From: Gnetum montanum | Lineage: Eukaryota; Plantae; Gnetophyta | Direction of reading: 5' to 3' | NCBI GenBank assembly: GCA_015680685.1 | Contig: MNCI01000003.1 | Span: 728,193-792,192 of the forward strand | DNA length: 64,000 nucleotides | In this document: piece after piece, positions 1-11,060 of the stretch | How the letters are laid out: each line of letters begins with the position of its first letter | How positions within the stretch are numbered: the stretch's first letter is position 1 | Notes under the pieces: generated by a model | Databases searched by the model: none | What the model saw: the letters and a program-made list of their open reading frames with translations, nothing else | What the model was told of the DNA's origin: nothing | Made by a program: the position numbers and the translations under genes

Positions 1-1269
1 GAAACAAAAATTTCTTCATTGGGCTAAGAACTTCATGGAAATCAATGGACACCTTTACAAGGTGTGCATTGATGGCTTGGTTCATTGGTGTGTCCCTATC
101 ATGGATCAATTACGCGTTCTCTAGGATGCTCATGAAGACCCTTACAAAGGCCACTATGCAAGGAAATGCATGACCATAAAAATCCTAATGGTAGGATATT
201 ATTAGCCCACAATCTTCAAGGAGTTTGTCTAATCTTGTAAGCATTATCAACAAGATGGTGGAATGACTGCATGAATGGAGGAGGGTCCTCAATAGTGGAT
301 TCAACCACTGGAATCCTTTGACATATGGTGAATAGATTTCATGGGTTCCATCATGCCCATGTTTAATAGGAAGACATATATTATCATAACCATTGACTAC
401 TGTACCAAATGGGTAGAAGGAGAAATCGTTGTTGATTGAACATCATCCACTACTGTTTGATTTGTACAACAACACATTGTAAATAGGCTTGGGATGCCAC
501 GTACATTGATTTTTAACAATGGAATACACTTTACAAACACTACTTTTCAGAAACTCATGTAATGCTTGGGGGTTGAACATAAATTAACAACACCCTATCA
601 TCCCCAAGCCAATAGTTAAGTAGAGGTTACTAACAGGGAGATCACAAAGATTCTAACAAGAGCTGTTAGCAAATATAGGAGAGATTGGAGCACCAAACTA
701 GATGATGTCCTTTGGGCCTATCACTTAACATGGAAACTCCCTATTGGCTACTCTCCCTATGAGTTGGTATATAGAAAACTTCCAATGCTTCCAATTCAGT
801 CTGAGCTTTGTACACTCTCAACAGCCTATGACCTAGACCTTGACCTAAGTCTAGCACAAAAAGAAAGACTGATCAACCTAAATGTGCTAGATGAAAATTG
901 ATTACTGGCCTTGTCCTTAAATGAAGTGCACAAGAAATTTAACAAACAACGACATGACCTAAGAATTATAAGGATTAAACTTCAACCTAGAGATAAGGTC
1001 CTCTATTAGAACCCCACACATGTTTCTCAAAAAACCAAGTTTCAAACATTGTGGGAGAGGCCTTATATAATCGATGAAACCTTTCCTTCTAGGGCCATTA
1101 TCATATACAAACCTGAAAGAAGCAGTTGCTCAATATCCAATAGGTAAAGCCTTTCCATGAGCCTAAGCAAGCTAGTTCAACAAGTACTTTAACAAATGGA
1201 CAACCATGCTAAAGTTTTTGAATCTCTGCCTTCCAACTTAGTTGTGGGGGAGATGGTCATCTATGCTAA
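1..1269 (+). pseudogene. Degenerate Gypsy integrase, C-terminal part of pol (element A)
   Basis: Reads DFMG, IFNNGIHF (D-N-G-x-x-F), TPYHPQAN, LDDVLWAY and GYSPYELVY, then a GPY/F-like stretch. Many stops; ends at the same CTATGCTAA as B. Confidence 0.9.
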
Positions 1270-2055
1270 CCATATACATGGCTCCTCAATTTTTCTATTT
1301 TTGTTTTACACATTTTTATTTTTTTGCAAATTATTTATTTTATACCTTTTTGATTTTAAAATTTTTTTCTATTTACACCATTTCTTGTTTTACACCATTG
1401 TTAATACATTTAAATATTTCTTGAATATTTTACACTTTCTTATATATTTTACTTTATTTTAGTGTGATTTTATAATTTCTATTAATAAATGTGCTTTATG
1501 CCAATAAAACATAGTGATGATGTAGCTATTGCTAATGGTGGTTTGTGCTTAATGTTTTGTTTGCTAATGTCTAGTTTCTATTTTTGAATTTTTTTTACCA
1601 ATGACCGAGGCACAGTTTCTTTTTCATAGAATAGTTAGTGAGTCCACAACATCCACCCATCCACAAAAATCTAAGGTTTTTCTCTTTTTGGGAATATGAG
1701 GCACCTTTCATTAAATAAACCTTTAATAAATTTGTGACCTTGGTGGTTTCTAGAATTAGGAAGGATTCAAAGGTTTGCACAAGATGTGACTTTAAGGGGA
1801 TTTACTACTCTTTGTACTCTTTTACTTGGATGCATGAGTGTTTTCATGGATTACTTACCATTCTGTGTTGCCATCAACTAGAAGTTAAATAAGTATTTGC
1901 ATGGTGTGGTTCCCATCTATTAAAAAACAAAAAATCAAAAAAAAAGAAAAAGAAAAAGAAAAAAGAAAAAATGGTGGGAATTCAAAGCACATCCCTTAGA
2001 TAAATAAATGGGCTACAAGAACTAGTTATTGGACTACAAACACATGTTACCCATG

Positions 2056-4720
2056 CTTGAAGGTCACCTTAAGGTGATCAAGGGAGGTCCAGAAGATAGT
2101 GCTCAAAGAGTTTAACTTTGTCTCTTTCTTGAAGTAAGCATGTAAAGAGGTACAAGACCAATTGAAGACCTCTCCCATGTGACCAATTATCACTTTAAAC
2201 ATGGAGTGGTATATGGGAGAGATGTTCCTATTTTGGAACAATAGGAAGGTTGGTTCAACGATCAAGATCAAGGACATTTCAGTGTCTTACTCAGTGCAAG
2301 CCATTGCAAAGGCACTTGGGTTACCTAAAACTAGGATGAATCTTGCTAAGATTCTAATGTAGGAGGACCCCAACATTAAAAAAGAATGGGTTTAGTGTTA
2401 CTATGGTGTTGACCACAAGGAGTACAGTGCACTCACACTAATAGAAAGAATCCATTATAAGATTGTGACTTTCATCTAAATCCCATAGTGAGGCCTAGTA
2501 AGATCATTGCCTTTTTTGCCCATGTGTGTGCTACTCTGAGTAGAAGATTCCCGATCAACCTTCCATAGCTAATCTATCTGGAGATAGAGAAGTGGCACAA
2601 GGAGAGTGAATGTGGAATGGAAGACACTCCACTTTCCATGCCTCATTAGAAAGCTCTATCTAAGGAAAGGAATAGTATGTTACACTAATGATGTTGTTCG
2701 ATGCATTTTGATTACTAATTGGATGGAGATGAGAAAGGAAAAGCCTCCTACAATAATAATCTAAGAAGAGGAGTAGAAGCCACCACCTCCACCTACCACT
2801 CAGAAAATAGTGCTAAATGTCGCTACAACGTCTCAATGATTACACAAGTTTCAAGAATGGCTCTTGAGTGAATAAGAGCAACAAGTAGGCATGAGTGGTG
2901 GAGACCCATCTATGTACTAGCCTGCAATGAGTCACCTAAATGAGGTGGCCCGAACAGTTAGCCTGATGGCGGGGGGTGGGGGGTGTGGAGGGAGAGGGGG
3001 AGGGGGTGGGGGAGGTGGATCCATTTTCTCTACCTAACGAATGCAATTGTTTATGAGGTCAAATCATAGTGCTAGAGAGGTAACAATATCTTTCTCAGAA
3101 TAGCAGCAACTCCTAGAGATTTTTGGGAACACTGTGACCTTTTTGGTGCACTGAGAGGAGGGCAAGAAAACAATAGTTCTAGTGATGCAACACTAAGGAC
3201 AAGAGATAGTAGTAGGGTGATTACTGACAAAATTTCCAAGACACTCAATGCATCTACGATGTTTGTACCAAATGTCACTGCACTTAAAGATGTATAGACA
3301 TTTGTAGGAACCATAAGTGGTAGATTAAACATAGTACAACATGAAAAATTTCTAGACCAATTGGTAGGAATTAGGCAACAAATTTTGGATATCTTTGACC
3401 TTCTGGATAAGATAACTGCAACCTAGCTAGAGTTGCTAGAGGCAAGGGGCAAGAATATTATATTAGAAGGGTAACTCAAAATAGCCAAGGAGTTGAATGG
3501 ACACTTGGCTACAAAAGTTGCTGAATTGAGGGCACAGATTGCTAACCCTACATTTCTTAACCCAGCATTGATAAGAGACATAGCTCTTGAATAACTTCAC
3601 ACTAGGTTGAAAGAGGTTGAGGGTGCAATGAATATGGTGGTGTTCTATCGATCCTTGGCAAAGGCCACCTAGCATAAAATTCAGAAAGCCTTGGATCTTA
3701 CCTACTAGGAAAATGTTCAGCTGAATACATAAAATCATCACCTATAAAATGTTGATATGCATAGACAATAGTTAACTAATTTTATCCATTAAGAGTAGGA
3801 GAAAATAGCTAGAGAAAATACAGAGTTAAGGAGATTGGTAGCTAAGAACAGAAACCTCTTCATGGCAGAGGTCTATGTCCTTCACCAAAAGACTACAATA
3901 GAAGCAGCAAATTAGGAATCAGAGGCTCTCAAATTTAAGAAAGTCGAAGATCACTACAAAGAGTAGGTTGGCCTATAGAAGGAAATAAATAAGAAACACA
4001 TTTAAGTGGTGAAGGTAAAGGTGAACAAGAACCTCCAACAACTCCAACAAGAATATAATTATTGTAGCCCATCATCAATGAGATTGATTAATATAATAAA
4101 GTAAAAATTTGCCTAAAGGAGTTGCAGATTTAGGAGATGATTGAATATATGGAGCTTGCCAATCTCTAGTACACGGACCTAGCTATGTTGATTGTTGGAC
4201 GGCTATAGTTAGAACTAGAAAAGCAAGTGGCCAGCCTATATTTATTGTACTAGGTTGAGTTCAAGCACCACAAGGACACCAAGCAAAAGCTTATGGTGGA
4301 AAACAGTGAACTCAAGGTTCTCAAGGGTAAATATACTAATTAGAGATCCATTGTTGAGAGCCTAACCAAAAGAATGAATGACTACCAAGAGTTACAAAAT
4401 GTAGTTAGGGCATTTGATGTCGAACATAAATAATTTGCTACCTAGTTTGTTAACATCAAGGAGTTGTTCCTAGTAATGCCTTGTTTGTGGGATATCCCCA
4501 TTCTAGCCCACATTGGCGATTCCATGTGGATTATGAATGATCCTCAGAGCAAGGAGAAAAAGATGAAGGCATTACTAGATACCTTTTGCCTTCCACTAGA
4601 GAGGATAGCCATAGCCTCCTCAGCCATTGTGCGCACTTGAAGCCATTATCGATTGGGACTATTTGATCTTCTCAACTATCTTCATGACATCAAAGGATGT
4701 GCTATCAAGTTTGAGTAGTC
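2056..4720 (+). pseudogene. Degenerate accessory ('env-like') ORF of element A, N-terminus deleted
   Basis: Collinear with C 37750-40300. Examples: SPMWPII, YSVQAIAKALGLPK, LHFPCLIRKL and LDQLVGIRQ, followed by a long coiled-coil-type C-terminus. Confidence 0.85.
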
Positions 4721-4901
4721 ATGTCATGGTGTTCAATTTTGTGTCCTAAACATCATAAATTTTTGTAATGACTTAGACCTATACACTCGAGCACTAAATT
4801 TTGTTGTTAGTTTTATTATGTCAAGAGTTAGTTAATGATCCCATACCTTTCCAATTTTGTAAAGGAACTCAAGGTAAAGTTGTTATTTAGTCATGGGGGT
4901 A

Positions 4902-5813
4902 TGATGAAGTGTGAAAGTGTCACATCGGTGGGCCACTATCGATGTGGCCTCGTTGATGGGTCCCCATCAATGTGGCCTTGTTAACATGGTGTTGCTCCAT
5001 TGCCTTGTAGTGTTTGTTTTGTTTATGAGGCCTTGTCAACACAGCTTCACAATAATGTCTATAAATATGTGCTCATCCACTATGTTTATGGGGAGTTCTA
5101 TCATAGTTGCAGTAGAAATCTTGTAGTTTTATCATTTGAAAGCTAGAATATTTTTTCTGAGTGCTTACAGTAGGAGTCAGAAAGTGTATAGATCTTTATT
5201 TGAGCACTGATGCACTTGAGCACACTACTATGAACGACAATAAAGATGAGTCTTTTGATCAAACCTTACAGCACTTGGAATAGATTAATGCTTTATTTCT
5301 ACATTTACCAGTTTCATTAATTATGTAATTAATTGAGATAAGTAAGAATTTAATTAATTAACTAATTAAGCTAAATAGATTAAACACATAAGTACAACTT
5401 CTCTGAGCATAACATACGACACTTGGTAATCCCAGTAGTGCTTAATGCTTGGTAACCTAATAGTGTTGTATGCATTCAGGATGTGTACAGAAAGTGAGAT
5501 CAGATGCTTATGTTAGGATAGTTAGTTATTAATTAAAAATTAGATTAGTCGAATTGGTTAATAAATTGAGTTTCAACTTGTTATCAATCATAAGTAAATA
5601 AAATATAAAATAATAAAAATCATGTGCCTCAATTACACTTAACCAACAACTAAGCTTCACAAGTGTAGTTGGGAAGACAATGATTGTCACAATTAGATTT
5701 CACTTTTTAGAACTAGTGTACTTAGGAACTTAAGGTTTGTAGAATTTGATAGGATTGCATGTGAACGATTATAATTCATATAGTTGGGCATAGGATATAC
5801 TCATTGCTCATTA
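4902..5813 (+). repeat. 3' LTR of element A (~912 bp)
   Basis: Starts TGATGAAGTG directly after the PPT. Shares TATAAAT, CACAAGTGTAGTTGGGAAGACAA and GTTGGGCATAGG blocks with the B/C LTRs. Confidence 0.85.
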
Positions 5814-7529
5814 GAGTTGAAGCTACCATCTATCACTTTTTGGTGTTTTTATCCATTATTCTATGTTTTTTCTATTATTTAATAAAAATCTTTCCAAAAA
5901 GCCAATGAAAACATACCATAACTAGTAAGTTTGTTAATTTGTGTATAAAAAAATTAAGCAATGCATTTGATGTTTCTTTAGTAGATTTAATTTTTTTTCC
6001 TGTGGATCTAATTTTTCTTTCTTTGATGTTTCTCCAATAAATTGAATTGTCCAGAGTTTTCCTATGGGGATTCTAAATTATCTTCAATTTCTTTAATTGA
6101 TGCTAAAATTTTCACTTTTTCCATTAATATGGAAGTTTTTACTAATTCTAAGAAGGTAGATTTACAAGTTAAGAAAAACATTGAAATGCCTTCTTCTACT
6201 AATGTTGATGTAACTAAGATACTTGATTTTTTTCCCCTTGATGATATATAGGAGTCACTAGTAGTTGCTCTCATATTATAATATATGTTCATTTAAATTT
6301 TTGGTTACCTTTGTAGTAAATGATGTGATGTAAAAACATGACATTCAATTCATTCATGCCAAGTATTGTTCTCATTTTCTTTTGCTTGTTGAGCTAGTAA
6401 ATACTTCAATGGTGTAGCATGCCTAGGATATATAATCTTTTATACATAAGCATGCAGTGTTGATCATTCATAAGTAGACTTTAGATTTTGATGTCAAATA
6501 TAAATAATATTTTCAAATTCCATGTTTTGTCAAGATATTTAATCTTTCACTCATTTCATAGAAAGTTGAAGAAGTCATTGTTAGTCTTCTTAGTCCCATT
6601 AAGCATATGGTATCTATTTCCATATCATTGGCTTCTCATAGATATTTTTTTGTTGAAATAAATTTTCTTAATTGTAAAAAGGAATTGGTATTACAAGTAG
6701 ATAAGAATACTTCTATTCAATCAATTACATATATAATCTTCCTAATTTTTGCAATTTTTGTCATTGTGAAAGATATTTGTTTAATGCATATCTTTTTTTT
6801 GCTCAATTAAAGAGATGTTGAAGAAAAGAAAAAACATGTTGAATTTGAGGAAGTTAAAGATAAGAAAAATTAAGTTACTATTAATGATAAGAATGATCAA
6901 ATAGCAATGAAGAAACCAAAGAAGACAAAAGCTTATATGAATATTTTTTCTAGAGGAAGTATTGATTAGTCTAACTGACAAGTTTGTAAGGTAACTTTAT
7001 CCTCATTTGACAAGAATAATATTAACTAAAATATTAAACCTTCTATTAAAAAGTGATATAATGCTAATGGCAAAAAAATTTGACATAAGGTCAATTGTGA
7101 TAGGTAATTTGTTAGATAATTTATACTATCATTTTCTATTGGATCTCTTTCTCCTATAAGACTTAGTATTTTACAAAAGCTTTCTAATGCTACATCAAAT
7201 TATTTTGCTACTTTAAGTTTAGGTACAAATGTTGAAAGTGATACAAATATTGTTAGGGTTAAGATTGTTTTCCCTACTAACGATAAGATTTTCTCTGTTG
7301 ATTTTTCAAAGCATTATTTCAATTCTAGGTTTATATGCCTAGGAAGACATCCCTAAAATTGAAAAGTTTTTTACTTTTTATGTTTTTTTACTAGTCAATG
7401 TTAAATATATGATGTACTCTATTCTTTGTTTTGCTTATTATTAGGGTCCAACACCCTCCTAATTTGTATATAAAAAACTATAAGTTTTGTATGAAAAGAT
7501 CTAAGAGAAAGATATTAAAAATAAGGAGG

Positions 7530-7908
7530 TGTTGGAATCTTGAAATAATTGTAATATAAGTACATCTCAAGATATATAGTCCAATCAAACCCATAACTTG
7601 AAGCTTTTAAATCAAAATTATTACCATTAGTTTAACACCTCATTGTCAAATATATTAAAAATATGTGTATATGTGTGTTTGGGGAAAGGAGGCAGTGGGG
7701 GGTTGTGTTGGATCATCACACAGAGCCATAATACTAATCTTGCTAAGCAGGATCTTGGGCAGGTTGTGTTGTAACCTTGTAATAATTGTAATATAGGTAC
7801 ACCTCAAGATATATAGTTCAATTAGAACTTTATAACTTAGCATTCTCTACTAGAATCAAACCTATGACTTAGAGCTTTCAAAATAAGATTCTTACCATTA
7901 AGATAACA
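7530..7908 (+). repeat. Two related short TG..CA LTR-like remnants (7530-7637 and 7706-7908)
   Basis: Both start TGTTGGA, end TAACA and share AATAATTGTAATATA(A/G)GTACA(T/C)CTCAAGATATATAGT and TTACCATTA. Each is preceded by a purine-rich tract. Confidence 0.5.
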
Positions 7909-7910
7909 TA

Positions 7911-8965
7911 TGTTAAATGGCAATTCATACATTGTCTTGCTTCGTAAGTTGTTGTTGTTATGTTAAGTTACTTGAGTCATAAGTATGCATGTTATGATTT
8001 GGAAGGTATTTATTTATGAGTCAATTCTTATGATTCATAAGTATTCTTAAGACTAATTAAAAATTATTAACAAAGTGTTGTGTTAGTTATGACAAGTCAT
8101 AATCCATCATCATGTTAAAGGTCTAGCTAGTACCAAGTCAGTATGTGTAGAAAAGTAGAGATAAGAAGTTAAGAAGAAGTATAGTTGTTCATAATTAAGG
8201 AACAAAATATTACAACCAAAATATTAAAGAATATAAATGTAAAAAAGGTATTTATCCAAAGAAATAAAAGCTAGTGATTACAAAATTACCTTATTGAGAT
8301 TATGACATATTACAAATCCTTGTAAAGCACTTTTGAATGATACTATTGTAACTTTAACATGATATCAGAGTAAGGAGAAGGCATTAGATTGAGTAATGAA
8401 TAAGAATCTATGAGGAAAAACAAGAATGAAAATGTTGAAGATTTTACAAATTCCCTATATAATATGACGTTAAAAGAAGAAGAAGATAAGAGTCTCTTGA
8501 GATTATTAATGAATAAGATTGTAGTAACAAACTTGCAAAAAATTACGATAAAAAAACTATAAGACTTGGGCACAAAGAATGAAGATCATCCTATGAGCTA
8601 GTATATTTTGGGATTTTGTTTCAAGTACTAACTTTTGAATTATTGATGATTGGAAAAGCAAACAAAATGATATGGTCTTAAGCATTCTCTATACTAATAT
8701 CTCTAATGAAGTATCTCATCTAGTGCATGGAATGAACACAATTGCAAAAATTTGGGAGTATCTATATTAGATGTTTGGATCTCTAGACCAAGCAAAGAAA
8801 GATAATCTTTTCTTAAAATTATGAACAACGAAGATGAATACAAAGTAGAAATTAATAGATTTCATCAAAGATATGAAGGTAGTTATATTAGAACTAGAAT
8901 GTGAAAATGAAGAAGTGTCTAATAAAGAGAGAGTTAGTTTCATTCTACAAGTACTTCTAGAGAGT
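7911..8965 (+). mobile_element. Ty1/Copia 5' fragment: LTR 7911-8359, PBS, gag N-terminus
   Basis: TGTTAAA...TTTAACA termini followed by TGATATCAGAGT (Met-i PBS TGGTATCAGAGC, 10/12). gag motifs NYKTWAQRMKIIL..FWDFV and TIAKIWEYL..MF. Confidence 0.8.
8360..8371 (+). promoter_or_regulatory. Primer-binding site, tRNA-iMet type
   Basis: TGATATCAGAGT immediately after the LTR terminal CA. Confidence 0.75.
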
Positions 8966-9600
8966 TTGCCTAAATTAGTTATTTTGAACTTCCCCTTCAT
9001 GTCATTTCTAAATTTTTCCACCAATTGGTGATCATTACAGCAAATATAATGTCATCAACATATACTAGGCTAAGGATAATTTTGGTACCATTGGTCTCCT
9101 CAAACAAGGTATTATTTGTTGAACACTTTGCAAAACTTTGTTTATGTAGGTACTCATATAATCATAAGAACCAAGCTCTTGGAGCTTGTTCAAAACCATA
9201 CAAGGCCTTTTTTAGTTTAAGAACATGATCCTATTTTCTAGATATAACAAATCCCTTAGGATAAGAGATATAAACATCCTCATTGAGGTAACCATTCAAA
9301 AAGGTTTACTTAACATCCATTTGTAAAACCACTATTTAAACTTTGGCAACATATGCTAAGAATGCCCTAAAAAATTCTAATCTTACCACTAGTGTATAGG
9401 TTTTTTCATAATCTATTCTAGCTTCTTGAACATAACCCTTAACCATGAGCCTAACCTTGTATTTATTTATTGAGTGATCAAGATTATACTTGGTATGATA
9501 AATCCACTTGATCCCAATAATGTTTTTGTTTATAAGACATGGTACCAATATCCAAGTCTTGTCCTTTTTTCATTGCCTCAACCCAATGTGATGTGCCTTT
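8960..9600 (-). pseudogene. Copia reverse transcriptase (RVT_2-type), degenerate and truncated
   Basis: ORF 9336..9548 plus downstream QMDV, KALYG, YVDD (~9054-9065) and FKITNLGKL. Confidence 0.9.
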
Positions 9601-10089
9601 TGGATTCTTATATCATAGAGGGTCAAAATTTGAATTTTGGGCAAAAAGAGTAATTTTTCAACTATTAATGCTCTATTTTCAACAAGATTTTGAATTTCTA
9701 ATCTTGTTCTTTTGGACTGTTCCTTTATTTTCAAAGGATTCACTGGAGATCCAATAACATTTGAAGTTGGATGGTATGTTTTTAACTGAAAATTCTTCTT
9801 GATTATTATTTTTTCATGAATGGAATTTATTAATTCAGAGAGGTTCTCTCCTACATTTTCTTCTTGATTCTCCTGATTTTTCTTATTTTATGAATAAGAT
9901 TTTTCATAATCAAAATTGTTTTTATGAATTATTTCAGAATTCTTGAGTTCAAAATTACTAGCATTGTGTAAATTTGAATTTTTTCTAGCATAGTTGGAGA
10001 TTGATTTTGAATTTTCAAAATTTTCCAAGTTGGAGTTTCTAATTCCAATCAATTTGACATCTAAACTTTCAATCATTTTGTGATTTGAT

Positions 10090-11060
10090 GGAGCGTAGCA
10101 CTTTTATGCTTTACTAGTTTGCAAATAACCAACAAAGATGCATTTAAGGGACATAGGCTCTCATTTATCTATACTTTCACATAACAAGTTGGAACAAAAA
10201 ATTTGCAAATGAGCTAGTGAAGGTTTTTTACCAAACCAAGCTTTGTAAGGAGTTTTGGTTTTTAGTAAGCTTGAAACTAATTCATTTTGGAGGTAACTGG
10301 CTATGTTAATAGCCTTAGCCTAAAGTGTTTTTTCAAGATTTGAATGTATCATCATTGTACATGTGATGTCTAGCAATGTTTTTTTTTCAAACACCTAGTT
10401 TTGTTGGGGTGTATAGGGAATTGTAGTTTGATGTTGAGTCCCTAAATTTTGCAAGAAATTATCAAATTCTTGAGAGTAGTACTCACCTCCATAATTAGTT
10501 CTCAATGTTTTAATTCTTTTATTTGAATTATTTTCTGCCCAAGCTTTGTAAATCTTAAAGTAATGCAAAGCTTGAGATTTATATTTCATAAAATAAACTT
10601 AGTAAAATTCAGTAGCATCATTAATGAAAGTAATAAAATATTTCTTGCCCCTTAACCTAGAAATTTTGAATGAACCACAAGTATTAGAATGAATAAGTTG
10701 TAATTAGTTCTTGATGTTTTAATTCTTTTATTTGAATTATTTTTTTCCCAAGCTTTATAAATCTTAAAGTAATGCAAAGCTTGAGATTTATATTTCCTAA
10801 AATAAACTTGGTAAAGTTTAGTGGCATCATGAATGAAAGTAATAAAATATTTGTTGCCACTTTAGTTAGGAAATTTTAATGAAATACAAATATGAAAATG
10901 AATAAGTTGTAATTATTCAAAGTTTTAGGAGATTACCTTAGAAAAGAAGGTCCTTGTTTGATTTCCTTTGATGCAACTTTGACATGAATAATTTGGTTGA
11001 ACTTATAAATTTGGAAGACCATGAAACAACCCATTATTTTGAATGATTTTCAAATATCTA
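10090..11060 (-). pseudogene. Copia integrase, degenerate, with internal duplication
   Basis: ORF 10395..10589; KYFITFIND motif; downstream KCIFVGY. Confidence 0.88.
10492..10909. repeat. Tandem duplication, 2 x ~209 bp, inside the Copia integrase
   Basis: 10492-10700 and 10701-10909 are collinear, diverged copies, for example TAAATCTTAAAGTAATGCAAAGCTTGAGATTTATATTTC in both. Confidence 0.9.

Larger units (their letters stand above)
1..5813 (+). mobile_element. Athila-like Ty3/Gypsy element A, 3' part (integrase, accessory ORF, PPT, 3' LTR)
   Basis: The integrase is collinear with elements B and C. The PPT-LTR junction GTCATGGGGGTA|TGATG matches that of B. The LTR ends ...GCTCATTA (family end CTCATCA). 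Confidence 0.9.

Noticed and set aside
1196-1462. F/L/I-rich ORFs resembling membrane proteins (also 24405-24756, 58910-59146, 59569-59916)
   Set aside because: By-products of T-rich UTR or intron sequence; not conserved between homologous elements.
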